A stretch of DNA of 47,808 nucleotides. Origin: Candidatus Fiminaster equi. Lineage in GTDB: Bacteria > Bacillota_I > Bacilli_A > RFN20 > CAG-826. Below are positions 7,875 to 17,602 of this stretch, piece by piece. The stretch covers positions 1 through 47,808 of the forward strand of contig JAGHUR010000004.1 in assembly GCA_018064745.1 (NCBI GenBank), in the 5' to 3' direction. Both the position numbers and the translations under genes were made by a program. The notes below the pieces were generated by a model. It made no database searches. It was given only the letters and a program-made list of their open reading frames with translations, and was not told the origin of the DNA. Within the stretch, counting starts at the first letter, position 1; each line of letters starts with the position of its first letter.

Positions 7875-8723
7875 TTATTTCGTTTCTGGTGTAATATCTA
7901 AATATTTGCTAATATCTGGAGATTTAACTGAAACATCTTTCTTTTCAACAATTGCGTGTGATTTATTGTGTGTCACGTATTTGCTTGTTTCATATTGTTG
8001 TTCATAATCATAATTATAGAAATATTCAATAGAATCAGCATTAACAACTAATTGATAAAGATATGTACGAGAATAAGAGTCTTTTAAATCTTCGTTTGAA
8101 TCTTTTTCGTTAATAACGAATGTGTAAATATTGTCATCAATGTAGAATTTTGTTTTTTCTTCATTTGCCATACTAGCACGTGACATGACACTACTAATCA
8201 ATGATGAAACAGCACCATAAGCTTCTCTGAATAATTCCAATTCTGCTTTTTCTTTTGGAGCTTCATCCTTCATAAATGTTTTTTCTGTGTTATTGATATT
8301 GTAGAAGAAACCTGAATCAAGTTTTAAAACACTATCAAATTCATCAGATTCTTCTTTTTCAATAGCAACGCCTTTAAAAACTGTTTTGCTTTCTTCCTTT
8401 TGTTGAACAATTTTGTTTGCAGAATCATATTTAAGTTCTGCTTCTCCATCGGTTGTGGTTGTTTTCTTATTGTATTCAGATGAACCTTTTAAATTTGAAG
8501 TAATACTTTCATTGTGTGCTTCATTCTTTAAAGCAAATGAGAATGGTTGTTTGCCTTCTTCAAGAGCATAAATAAGAGCATTGTCTTTTGTGTTTTCGAT
8601 GAATTTTGCTGTAAAATCAGCTTTCTTAACTTCGTTTTTGTAGGCATTTGGTTCTTTAACACCGCCACAGCTTGCTAAAGCAACTGCAGATAAGCCTAAT
8701 AAGAATGCACTTTTAATTTTCAT
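7875..8723 (-). CDS. Lipoprotein (paralog 1 of tandem pair)
   Basis: 282 aa with signal and lipobox MKIKSAFLLGLSAVALASCGG. Clearly homologous along its full length to the adjacent 282-aa ORF. Confidence 0.85.
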   Translation of the reverse strand: MKIKSAFLLGLSAVALASCGGVKEPNAYKNEVKKADFTAKFIENTKDNALIYALEEGKQPFSFALKNEAHNESITSNLKGSSEYNKKTTTTDGEAELKYDSANKIVQQKEESKTVFKGVAIEKEESDEFDSVLKLDSGFFYNINNTEKTFMKDEAPKEKAELELFREAYGAVSSLISSVMSRASMANEEKTKFYIDDNIYTFVINEKDSNEDLKDSYSRTYLYQLVVNADSIEYFYNYDYEQQYETSKYVTHNKSHAIVEKKDVSVKSPDISKYLDITPETK

Positions 8724-8750
8724 AATTTTAAGTTTCCTTTCGTTACGCTA

Positions 8751-9599
8751 TTATTTTAATTCTGGGGTGATATCAAGGTATTTGCTTGTATCAGGCGCTT
8801 TTACTGAAACATCTTTCTTAGAAATAACAGCATGATTTAATGAGTGTTCTTCTTCTCTGCTTGTTTCATATGAATCGACACAATCATATTTCCAGAAATA
8901 TTCAAAGGAATCACCATTAAGAACGATTTGATAAACATATTTGCTTGTAGAAGAATATTTCATTTCTTCATCAACATCTTTGTCTTCAATGACAAAGGTA
9001 TAAGCATCACCATCGATGTAGAATTTTGTTTTTTCTTCATCGGCATGTGCTGCTTGATTAGTAACTGATTGAATCATGTATTCAATTTGATAATATACGC
9101 CTTGGAATAATTCTTTCTCTGCGTTTTCTTTTGGAGCTTCGTTCTTATAGATGGTTTTATCTAAATCATCAATTTGAACAAAGAAACCTGAATCAAGCTT
9201 CATGAAGGTATGATCTTTTTCAACACTTTCAGATTTTTCTTCATCAGATTTTTTAACTGTCTTTTCTTCATAAACTTGTTCACCAACTTTGTTAGCTACA
9301 TCGTACTTAAGTGATGATTCATCTTTGCTTTCGCTTGTGCTCTTACTATATTCCTTACCATTTTTTAATGATACCTTAAGTCCACTTTGTGAGCCCTCGC
9401 CTTCACAAACAAATGAAAACGGTTCCTTGCCTTCATCGAAAGCATGGAAAAGGATGTTGTCTTTTACGCTTTCTTCAAATTTTGCTAAGAAATCAACTTT
9501 CTTAACTTCGTTTTTGTAGGCATTTGGTTCTTTAACACCACCACAGCTTGCTAATGCTGCTGCAGATAAGCCTAATAAAAATAAACTTTTAATTTTCAT
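8751..9599 (-). CDS. Lipoprotein (paralog 2 of tandem pair)
   Basis: 282 aa with MKIKSLFLLGLSAAALASCGG. It shares blocks with paralog 1: VKEPNAYKNEVKK, KLDSGFF, EEKTKFYID, KKDVSVK.PD.SKYLDITPE. Confidence 0.85.
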   Translation of the reverse strand: MKIKSLFLLGLSAAALASCGGVKEPNAYKNEVKKVDFLAKFEESVKDNILFHAFDEGKEPFSFVCEGEGSQSGLKVSLKNGKEYSKSTSESKDESSLKYDVANKVGEQVYEEKTVKKSDEEKSESVEKDHTFMKLDSGFFVQIDDLDKTIYKNEAPKENAEKELFQGVYYQIEYMIQSVTNQAAHADEEKTKFYIDGDAYTFVIEDKDVDEEMKYSSTSKYVYQIVLNGDSFEYFWKYDCVDSYETSREEEHSLNHAVISKKDVSVKAPDTSKYLDITPELK

Positions 9600-9669
9600 A
9601 ATTTCAAGTTTCCTTTCGTTGTGCTGTTATTTTATAAAATGGTTTTATTTACTGTCAAACAAAATATAC

Positions 9670-9704
9670 AAAAAACCAGATTTGAACGGAATTTTTTAAT
9701 CTGG
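9670..9704 (-). terminator. Terminator of the Big_2 adhesin gene
   Basis: Stem CCAGATT / AATCTGG followed by U6. The sequence is related to the terminator at 7821-7854. Confidence 0.7.
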
Positions 9705-9722
9705 TTTTAAGTTTCTAATTTT

Positions 9723-12700
9723 TTATTTCAATAATTTACGTTTTTTAGCTTTAATTGCTAATGGAATACCAACTCCACAACCAACACCAGCTACTACAAC
9801 ACCACCGCCAACAGAGGCAATAATTATGATGTTTTCTCTATTTTGTGCGGCCTTATCTACAACCTCAACTTGTACTGTTGCGGTTTTACCACCATCAACT
9901 GATTTAACTGTAATTGTAGCTTTACCTGGTGCAACAGCTGTAATAACGCCATTTTTAACTGTAACAACTTTAGTATCACTAGATGACCAAGTCACAGCTT
10001 TATTTGTTGCGTTTTCTGGGTTAATTGTAACCTCTAAATCTTTGTATACTTCGCCAATATCAAGTTCTAAGTTATCTTTATTTAAAGATATTGATTCAAC
10101 GTGGATTGGTTCAGGTACGTTTCCAACTTTCACTGTACATGTTGCAGTTTTATTACCATCAACAGTTTTTACTGTAATGACTGCTTGACCATTTGAAACA
10201 CCTGCTACATGTCCATTTGAATCAACGGTTGCAACACTTGGATTTGATGATGACCAAGTTACACTCTTATTATCTGCATCAGATGGGTTTACGGTTGCAA
10301 TTAAATCAAACGATTCATTAACATCAATGCTCTTATTTGCAATATTGAGCGAAACAGATGTTACGTGTACTGGATCAGAACCACCTGATGTGATTTTAAA
10401 ATCACAATATGCTGTAAAACCACCATCATTTGTTTTAACAGTGATTCTTGCGGTCTTACCTATACCAGCTGAAGCTTTAATTTGAACAAGACCATTTTTG
10501 CTAACGCTTGCTAAATCACTATTATTTGTGGTCCAAGTTACGTTTTTATCTGTTGCATCACTTGGATTGATTATTGCTTCTAATTGGTAGGTGTCACCAC
10601 GTTTAACTTCTTTATATTCACAATTTAAGCTAACGCCTTTAACTCTAACGGCAGTTCCGCCTTCAACCTTTACTGTACAAGTTGCTGTTAAAGGTTCATC
10701 TGCACCAAATGGTTTACCTTGAGTTGTACAAGTGATTGTTGTTGTGCCTTCGCTTAAGCCTATAACAACACCTTGGCTATTAACTGTTGCAACATTTCTG
10801 TTAGAAGAATCCCATGTAACACCTGGGTTTGAGGCATCTGCTGGTAATACTGTTGCAGCAATTGTTTCAGTTGAACCAGCTTCCATTGTTATATTTGTCT
10901 TATCCAAACTTAAATCTGTAACATTTTGGAAGATTCTAACGTGTTCAAAGTCACTATAAGTGCCATCAAATGATGTTGCAATTACATCGACATAACCAGC
11001 CTTTAAACCTGTAACGTTACCATTTTGGTCAATTGATGCTAAGGTTGGATCAGAAACAGACCATGTAACTGGTTCGCCCTCTGGTGGTTCATAATGATCT
11101 GCCAAATGAGCTTGTAATGTTTCACCAACGCGGATTGGATCTGGACAAACAACATCAAACGCTTGAGTTTTGCCTTTAACATAGATTGTAAATTCTTTAT
11201 CTGTTTGATGTCCATTTTGACCATAAGAGATAATACCTGTTGAAGTACCAATAACGCTTGTATCAGGTTCTTGTTTTAAAGTATAACCCCCTACAGGGAT
11301 GATTTTTGAGGCACCACCAGCGTAGTTTACTTTAACAATTAATGCTGAAGTCCATGGGAATTGTTCACCAACAGTGACTGTATTCATTACTTCACCAGTT
11401 TCGGAACCATCAATTGGTGTAAAACTAACGCTTACTGAGGTTGGATTAGATGCAAGTGGCTTGTCGTTATCTCTAAAAACCATAACTGGAGTATAGGATG
11501 AACCTCTTGTATAAAAACCAAATTTCCCATCTTTATTAAAATAGAGTTGTTTATCTTGATGTGGTTTTGAAGAAACAATCCATTCTTCATAATCTGCATC
11601 ATAACTCATTGTGAATAAGCATTCTTCTGGAAGTGTTGAGGAAATTTCTAATGCGTAATAGAATGCACCACCTTCAAACTTCCAATCTGCAATTGTTACT
11701 TCTGCTGTATCGTAGACTTCTTCATAATTATTCTTTTCACTCCACATTTCGAATGTAAATTTATTTTCGTCTAATTGTGAAGTGCCAACTACATAGTCTG
11801 TATAACCATCAACATAAGTCATTGATGAGAATACCATTGGATCATCAAAATCAGGATTCAAACCTGTCTTCATTGTTATTAATCTTGATGCTCCACCAAT
11901 AGTAACATTTAAATTAAACTCATAGTGGCCATCTGCTTCAGCGTAAACTGATTTATAATCAGGTTGATTAAATCCAAGTGATGAATTATCACCTTTTAAG
12001 TAATAGCCTGTTACTGGATCTTTAAGTGTGAAATAACTACCTTGTTCCCCTACTTCAAGTGGTAATTCACCATGTGGCATATAGTCAAATGTTGAATAAC
12101 CAAATTTAGAACCATCATATGAAACTTCTTGACCACCAGTTATTTCGTAAGGCGTATAACCAAGCGTTCCAAGAATGATTGTATCACCAGCGTGAATGTG
12201 TGCTGCTGCTACATATGGATTATCCTTAATTTCGATTTCTTTTTCATAGTAAACAGTTGGATCTTTTGCTAAAGCAATTCTTACCTTTTCTGTACCTTCA
12301 ACAATCTTTTCTGGTGTAATTGTGTAATCGTCGTTGAGAAGCTTATCTTTAATGATGTCTTCAGAACCACTTAGTTTATACGTAATTCCAACAGTTAAGT
12401 TGTCTTTATTAATTCTTTCACCAATTGAGAATGTATCTGCTAAACCTGAAATGACAAATGTGGAAGCATCGCCTTTATAGATTTTTAAGCCATCCATTTC
12501 AATATCAATTTCTTCACCTAATATTGTGCATGTACCATAAGCTTTTGTACCTGCAGTTAATGTTTCCCAAGAAATTCTGTCTGTTATTTCAACTTTAAAG
12601 CCATTTGTGTAATAAGCATATACATGTGCATTTAATGGTTTTAAAGTATCTCCGACAAAGTATTGCTTTGTGGTTGGAAGAGCTTCGACTGCATAGTGGT

Positions 12701-14711
12701 CATAAGTTCCACTTTCATATAAATCAACGTAGTTGTTTCCAGTAAATGCATACCATTGTTCTTCATGAGTAGCAAGTGAACGAACGCCTTTTTTCTTTGT
12801 CTCCGTTGCAATTTTGTATCCATTTGATGCGCTATAAGTTACAACCCAAACATTGACTGGTGTATCGGTTAATTCAATTTCTGAAATATTCTTTCCATCA
12901 GCATAAACATCTTCAGAGAAAGAAAGGTATTTTTCATTTGCAATTAAATAGTAAGAGTTATCACCAGCATAGGCTTTTTCAAAATGCCAAATGTTAGCAG
13001 GATCAAAATCAACATCAGTAATATAACTTAAATCACCACCAAGCATAGCGCCGCCAGTAGTAATGTAATAATTATCCTTATCTAAAATGTTGTACTTATA
13101 GTCATGTACGTTTACAACAGCTTTAGCTTTAACGCCATCCACTGTAACTGTAACTTCTGCTTCACCTTCTAAAAGGGCTGTTACTTCAACTTCACTAGTA
13201 CCTTGTCCATTTGTTATTGAAACAATATCAGAACCTGATGTAACTTCCCAAGAGTATGTTGTTGGTTCAAATCCAATGCATTCACTTACTGCAATAATGC
13301 CTTTAAAACCAACATTCAAATCTAATTCATTAGTACTTAAGTGAACTTCTTTAGCATGCCCACTCTTTGCCCACATTTCTACTGGGCTCATTGAGGTAGA
13401 AGAATAGTTAGAAAATCTACCAACGCCACTACCATTATAGAAAATAGAATGGTTCACACCTTCAACAGATGATGTAACCTTAACATTGCCGTCATTGAAT
13501 GTGATAGTCCATCTATTTGCTTTTGACTTTTCTTTAAATGCAAGTTTGTTACTACTATTAGCAGTTAATGTTAAATATGAACTGCCTGACTTAATTAACC
13601 AGTTAGAACCTTCTTTTTCTAAAGAAAGAGGAACGATTTTATCGTTATCATAGGTTAATTCATCATCAATTATTTTAGCGTCGTATGCTTTAAAGTAATC
13701 TCCACCTTCAAGTCCACCATTAGCTTTAACTGTGGAACCTGAGTGGAATACAAATAAGAATGAAGAAACTGAATCTAAATCACTTACACTAGTAATTTTT
13801 GTAAAAGTATCACCTACAGGAATGTATTCATCATCCCAGATTGCAAATAATTCTGTATTCTTTAGAATTGTGAATTTGTCATCAGGAGCGTATGAATCGC
13901 CAGTTCCATCTGTTTTTGTATTCCATTCTTTGAATACTTTACCCACTGGTTTATCAAAACCATTTGCTAAAACTGTTACTTCTGAACCAATATTGTATTC
14001 ATTTGAATCTGTTGTGAAACCTGTTGCTCCATTTCCGCTATATGTAACTGTAAATTTATCAACTTCACCATTTTTTGCTTTATAGATTTCTGGTAATGGC
14101 ATGCTTTCAGTAGGTTCACCTGTGTAACAGGAGAATCTTGGACTGTTCACGTTATATTTAATCTTGTAAGTGCCATTATCAATTGTTGCTGCACCACCTT
14201 CTGCAATAGAAATGGTCCAGGTATCTTTTTTGTCTTTAGATAATTTTCCTGATTCGCCACAGCCAATATAGCCTTCATCTTGTGTGTACAAGTTCCAACC
14301 ACCATCGGTAGCAAGCAATGTAATAACATCTGGGTTGGTTGGTGTTAATTCTCCATCTCCAAATGTACCTTGTGTTGCTGTAAAGTATTGATATGAGCCA
14401 AATGCTCCAGCGACCGTTTCTTTTGCAACATTACCCAAGACAATCTTGTCACCTGTATTTAATTCTGAGACACTCTCAACCAATTTATAATCTCCTTCGA
14501 ATGGAGGTAATGGTTGATCGCTTTCTTTTGTAAAAGTAATATTTAAAGTTTTAATTTGACTTGTGCTACCGCCAGACATAATTTTTAAGTATTTATATCC
14601 TTGAGTTTGCGTATATGTTGAACTGAAGTCTCCAACAGAAACACCAGATGATGCAGTAATTGTTGAAGTAGCACTAAGTCCTAAATTACAAGCGTTGCTT
14701 GCAACTTTCAT
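9723..14711 (-). CDS. Large adhesin with Big_2 (Ig-like group 2) repeats, one Flg_new module and a C-terminal TM anchor; lacks its own signal peptide (see 14708-15040)
   Basis: 1662-aa ORF. It has five or more Big_2-type units (e.g. VTWSSSNPSVATVDSNGHVAGVSNGQAVITVKT) and one Flg_new unit (FTVTYSGNGATG...FKEWNTKTDGTG...LFAIW). The C-terminus is IIIIASVGGGVVVAGVGCGVGIPLAI followed by KAKKRKLLK. Confidence 0.85.
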   Translation of the reverse strand: MKVASNACNLGLSATSTITASSGVSVGDFSSTYTQTQGYKYLKIMSGGSTSQIKTLNITFTKESDQPLPPFEGDYKLVESVSELNTGDKIVLGNVAKETVAGAFGSYQYFTATQGTFGDGELTPTNPDVITLLATDGGWNLYTQDEGYIGCGESGKLSKDKKDTWTISIAEGGAATIDNGTYKIKYNVNSPRFSCYTGEPTESMPLPEIYKAKNGEVDKFTVTYSGNGATGFTTDSNEYNIGSEVTVLANGFDKPVGKVFKEWNTKTDGTGDSYAPDDKFTILKNTELFAIWDDEYIPVGDTFTKITSVSDLDSVSSFLFVFHSGSTVKANGGLEGGDYFKAYDAKIIDDELTYDNDKIVPLSLEKEGSNWLIKSGSSYLTLTANSSNKLAFKEKSKANRWTITFNDGNVKVTSSVEGVNHSIFYNGSGVGRFSNYSSTSMSPVEMWAKSGHAKEVHLSTNELDLNVGFKGIIAVSECIGFEPTTYSWEVTSGSDIVSITNGQGTSEVEVTALLEGEAEVTVTVDGVKAKAVVNVHDYKYNILDKDNYYITTGGAMLGGDLSYITDVDFDPANIWHFEKAYAGDNSYYLIANEKYLSFSEDVYADGKNISEIELTDTPVNVWVVTYSASNGYKIATETKKKGVRSLATHEEQWYAFTGNNYVDLYESGTYDHYAVEALPTTKQYFVGDTLKPLNAHVYAYYTNGFKVEITDRISWETLTAGTKAYGTCTILGEEIDIEMDGLKIYKGDASTFVISGLADTFSIGERINKDNLTVGITYKLSGSEDIIKDKLLNDDYTITPEKIVEGTEKVRIALAKDPTVYYEKEIEIKDNPYVAAAHIHAGDTIILGTLGYTPYEITGGQEVSYDGSKFGYSTFDYMPHGELPLEVGEQGSYFTLKDPVTGYYLKGDNSSLGFNQPDYKSVYAEADGHYEFNLNVTIGGASRLITMKTGLNPDFDDPMVFSSMTYVDGYTDYVVGTSQLDENKFTFEMWSEKNNYEEVYDTAEVTIADWKFEGGAFYYALEISSTLPEECLFTMSYDADYEEWIVSSKPHQDKQLYFNKDGKFGFYTRGSSYTPVMVFRDNDKPLASNPTSVSVSFTPIDGSETGEVMNTVTVGEQFPWTSALIVKVNYAGGASKIIPVGGYTLKQEPDTSVIGTSTGIISYGQNGHQTDKEFTIYVKGKTQAFDVVCPDPIRVGETLQAHLADHYEPPEGEPVTWSVSDPTLASIDQNGNVTGLKAGYVDVIATSFDGTYSDFEHVRIFQNVTDLSLDKTNITMEAGSTETIAATVLPADASNPGVTWDSSNRNVATVNSQGVVIGLSEGTTTITCTTQGKPFGADEPLTATCTVKVEGGTAVRVKGVSLNCEYKEVKRGDTYQLEAIINPSDATDKNVTWTTNNSDLASVSKNGLVQIKASAGIGKTARITVKTNDGGFTAYCDFKITSGGSDPVHVTSVSLNIANKSIDVNESFDLIATVNPSDADNKSVTWSSSNPSVATVDSNGHVAGVSNGQAVITVKTVDGNKTATCTVKVGNVPEPIHVESISLNKDNLELDIGEVYKDLEVTINPENATNKAVTWSSSDTKVVTVKNGVITAVAPGKATITVKSVDGGKTATVQVEVVDKAAQNRENIIIIASVGGGVVVAGVGCGVGIPLAIKAKKRKLLK

Positions 14712-15040
14712 TGAAATAGAAGAAATATAATATCCTTCAAAAGTGGTTGTTGACCAAAAACCGTTGCTGTTCCGCTTTTAATTTGGAGATATTCAGAACC
14801 AGAACTTCCTTGATAACAAATGTTTTTAGAGTCAAAACTTAAATTATCAATAGTGAATTTGTAATTATTATTAGACTGTCCTAAGACGCTTTTAACTTTA
14901 GAACTAGTAAATTTGACAGCTATAGTTTCAGCATCCTCAGCCTTAACCCCTGCTGCTTCAAATGCTGCAGGTGCTGCGGCAAGACCCAAAACTCCACCAA
15001 GTAATAGAAATGGTAAGATTCTTAATAGTTTACGTTTCAT
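14708..15040 (-). CDS. Signal-peptide-bearing N-terminal fragment of the same adhesin (separated by a frameshift)
   Basis: 110 aa starting MKRKLLRILPFLLLGGVLGLAAAPAAFEA. Its TGA overlaps the ATG of the 1662-aa ORF. The downstream frame stays open back to 14790, so the two ORFs overlap in different frames around an A5 tract (14756-14760). Confidence 0.7.
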   Translation of the reverse strand: MKRKLLRILPFLLLGGVLGLAAAPAAFEAAGVKAEDAETIAVKFTSSKVKSVLGQSNNNYKFTIDNLSFDSKNICYQGSSGSEYLQIKSGTATVFGQQPLLKDIIFLLFQ

Positions 15041-15053
15041 TTTGATACCTCAG

Positions 15054-15094
15054 AAAAAAATGTGGTTAATCCCTTAAAAGGTCGATTAATCACA
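15054..15094 (-). promoter_or_regulatory. Terminator-like hairpin plus U7 inside the 5' leader of the adhesin gene
   Basis: Minus-strand RNA is UGUGAUUAAUC-N13-GAUUAACCACA (10 of 11 bp paired) followed by UUUUUUU. The SD GAGG and the ATG follow directly. Confidence 0.5.
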
Positions 15095-15118
15095 TATCAA
15101 ATTTTTCATAACGCTTAT

Positions 15119-15147
15119 ATTATACGTGCATACACGATTTATTGCAA
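15119..15147 (-). promoter_or_regulatory. Sigma-A-like promoter of the adhesin gene
   Basis: On the minus strand: -35 TTGCAA (15142-15147), 17-nt spacer, -10 TATAAT (15119-15124). Confidence 0.55.
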
Positions 15148-15537
15148 ATCATACGGTGAACTACTCGGCATTGAATTACCGAGCATCGACTCAAGCATAC
15201 TTTGTAGCATGTTGATATCAGGGCAGTCCCTGCCCATTATCCCTACTTCTTTCTTAGTAGAATTTGAAATTACAGGAATACTTATTTTCTTTGGATTTGA
15301 TAAGCACTTATAAGTTAATTTTTTGTTAATATTGTTCTCTTGATAATACTTTCTTAGAATGTTAAATGTTCCAACAGAATCTGCGTTGTAAATAGCGTTC
15401 CCATCTTGATATAGGCCACGATATATGCGTTTGTTTTTGCCCGCGTATTCTGAAGAAATTTCAAAAGAAGTTGGAGAACATTGACTTGTAAATGCTTCAT
15501 TTGTGCTTGTTTTAAAAATAAAACTTATTTTCTTAGA
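15139..15537 (-). pseudogene. C-terminal remnant of an IS200/IS605-family TnpB-like (RuvC-III region) gene
   Basis: The frame is open only from a TAA. It reads KISFIFKTSTNEAFTSQCSPTSFEISSEYAGKNKRIYRGLYQDGNAIYNADSVGTFNILRKYY.... The E-A-(F/Y)-T-S-Q and N-A-D-x-x-G/A-x-x-N-I-L blocks are typical of TnpB C-termini. There is no N-terminal part and no start codon. Confidence 0.5.
15156..15183. repeat. Hairpin element copy 1 (GTGAACTA-CTCGG-N10-CCGAG)
   Basis: gtgaactactcggcattgaattaccgag, located in the 3' tail of the TnpB remnant. Confidence 0.7.
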
Positions 15538-15581
15538 AAATAATATTTGTTCATATACTCAATTTTGGGGCTCGCTTTCAT

Positions 15582-15623
15582 CTCGGCAATTGAATAACCG
15601 AGGATTCCCGCTCGTTTCCTAAA
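15582..15623. repeat. Hairpin element copy 2
   Basis: ctcggcaattgaataaccgaggattcccgctcgtttcctaaa, about 85% identical to copy 3. Confidence 0.7.
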
Positions 15624-15679
15624 AGAAATTGTCTCAATGCTTTATAACGAAATCAAAAACCCATAACATAATTAAGTTT

Positions 15680-17011
15680 TTAGAACCCGTACCAGAAATC
15701 AAGATCGTATGCACCAATGGTTCTTCCATAAATAATATTTGTTCTATCTTCTTGATCATCATCGTATAAATCAAATTTTAGCTCTTTATATTCAAATGTT
15801 GCATTTTTAGTGTAGTAATTGTCTCCATCATCATATGACTTATCAATTTCACTCACGATTAAGCCGTTTTCATTGCAAACATAATCACATACAACGAAGT
15901 AACCATGCTCAATATCAGAATCAACAGGACTTGCTGATTCAACATGCTTCAATGATCTATCTTCATTATACTCGATAGTAACCTTTGTATCTTCATACCA
16001 TTCGCCTGTATCAGAATCATACTCTGATGTAATATTAGAAATCATATCTCCGTACTCGTTGTATTCAAAAATATCATATGCGGACCAATCAGAGTAAAGT
16101 CTTTCGATAAGTTTTCCGGTGTCGAAGGTATAAATTTCATAACCTGTATATTCTTCTTCTGAAGAAAGATACGACTCAACATAATCAACTCTTTTTGTGT
16201 TATGTTCTATATCAATTGCCACTTTTTTTATAGTTGTAAAACAATCTTCTAAATATTCTTCAGTCTCATCATCATAATATTCGAAATACCTCTTACAAAT
16301 GCATGTAAAATTATCAGGGTATTCAAATGTTGTAAGATTGTAGGCTTCCTCGCCCCACATTAATACAGATTTTGTAATTCTATTATATTGATCGTATTCA
16401 CGTTGTTCGAAATTCTTAGTACCATCTTCATCGTCAGGAAAATCTACTCTTACAATATTACCGTTTTCATATGTGTAATTTATAAAGTTAGATTCAACAT
16501 CACCTTCATTATATTTTTCTACTTCCTTAAAGCTTGTAAGGCGTCCGTTTTCATAAGAATATGTACGTACATCAACAGTTTCATAATACCAGGTTGAAAC
16601 CAGCTCTTTTCCATCTTCTGATAATTCGCTACTTGAATGAATTACTTCATCATTATATTCGGCGCTTAAATAATATTTAGGTTTTTCAAAAGAAGCACAA
16701 TAGATTGTTGTGTCTTCATTAATTGTAAATTTTAAAGTTCCATCATATTTATTGTAGGAATAAGATCCACCATAAACATAAACTTCTAAAGGATAGGCAT
16801 ATCCTTCATTTGGTGTTATTTGGATGTTTACTTCTTGCCCTTCATTATAACTAGCTTGAGCATTCGAAGTACATTTAACACCATTAAATGATACATTGTA
16901 TGTTGTTACTGGCTCTGGTGTATCAGGTTGATCATTATTTTTAGAATCACAACCTGTTAGGAAGATCGAGAAACCACAAACTGCTAACAAACCATATTTT
17001 AATTTTTTCAT
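15680..17011 (-). CDS. Acidic lipoprotein with YD/RHS-like short repeats
   Basis: 443 aa with lipobox FSIFLTGCDS. The N-terminal module resembles Flg_new (YNVSFNGVKC...EGYAYP). It then has many Y-x-Y-(D/E)-x-x-G-x-(L/I) style beta-hairpin repeats and a high D/E/Y content. Confidence 0.8.
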   Translation of the reverse strand: MKKLKYGLLAVCGFSIFLTGCDSKNNDQPDTPEPVTTYNVSFNGVKCTSNAQASYNEGQEVNIQITPNEGYAYPLEVYVYGGSYSYNKYDGTLKFTINEDTTIYCASFEKPKYYLSAEYNDEVIHSSSELSEDGKELVSTWYYETVDVRTYSYENGRLTSFKEVEKYNEGDVESNFINYTYENGNIVRVDFPDDEDGTKNFEQREYDQYNRITKSVLMWGEEAYNLTTFEYPDNFTCICKRYFEYYDDETEEYLEDCFTTIKKVAIDIEHNTKRVDYVESYLSSEEEYTGYEIYTFDTGKLIERLYSDWSAYDIFEYNEYGDMISNITSEYDSDTGEWYEDTKVTIEYNEDRSLKHVESASPVDSDIEHGYFVVCDYVCNENGLIVSEIDKSYDDGDNYYTKNATFEYKELKFDLYDDDQEDRTNIIYGRTIGAYDLDFWYGF

Positions 17012-17255
17012 AATGTTTCGTGTTATTCAGTTAAGCCTAGTTTGATGACTGAATGACTTTCTCCTTTCTAGGCTATAATGTATATGCTGTGTACCTGTCT
17101 CATAATTTTGCCACTAGATGGCTTAGGGGATTTTCAGGACACGGGTTTTTAATAACATCATTAATAAGTTAAGTAACGCTAACGTTTTATCATTCGCGAT
17201 TATACGAGAGTAAAAAGTCCATGCATTAACAGCAACTCAATAAAGAGGCGATTAT

Positions 17256-17378
17256 ATGCTTTATATTGGAATCGACATTTCCAAATACAAGCATGATTGC
17301 ATCGTTATCAATGATGCGAGTGTTATTGTTAGAAATGTGTTTTCTTTCAATAACAATCCTCTTTTTAAAATGCTATAG
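17256..17378 (+). pseudogene. N-terminal stub of an IS110-family transposase
   Basis: An SD (aaagagg) precedes an ORF reading MLYIGIDISKYKHDCIVINDASVIVRNVFSFNNNPLFKML*. The (V/I)GID(V/I)SK start is the IS110 DEDD-transposase signature. The ORF ends after 40 codons. Confidence 0.5.
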
Positions 17379-17602
17379 AAGGAATTGTAAAAACTACAAT
17401 TGAACCCTTCTCTTTTTATATCGTTTTTTTACAGTATTGGGTGAAACCCACTACTTTTCAACGATATGCTTAAATTTTACCCATTTTTTAATAAAAAATC
17501 AATTGTCTTGTTTTTATTTCCAAATCGTTTACAGGTAATGCCAAAATTATATTGATATGGACATTTACGAATAGTAAACTAAAAAGCAATTAGGAGTATG
17601 CT

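Noticed and set aside
9826-14085. Plus-strand ORFs antisense to the Big_2 adhesin (9826-10188, 10732-10959, 13732-14085), and similar antisense ORFs in the LRR, adhesin and EAL genes.
   Set aside because: These are typical long antisense open frames of AT-rich, repeat-rich genes. None has a plausible RBS or a recognisable motif.
15062-15313. Plus-strand 83-aa ORF.
   Set aside because: It lies antisense to the adhesin leader/promoter and the TnpB remnant, starts with GTG and has no SD.
17012-17250. A possible regulatory RNA in the long leader upstream of the 443-aa lipoprotein gene (AGCCUAG...CUAGGCU enclosing an AAAGGAG, and an AUUCAGU/ACUGAAU hairpin).
   Set aside because: I cannot match it to any known motif, the pairings are short, and the region also borders the IS110 stub, so it may be scrambled mobile-element debris.
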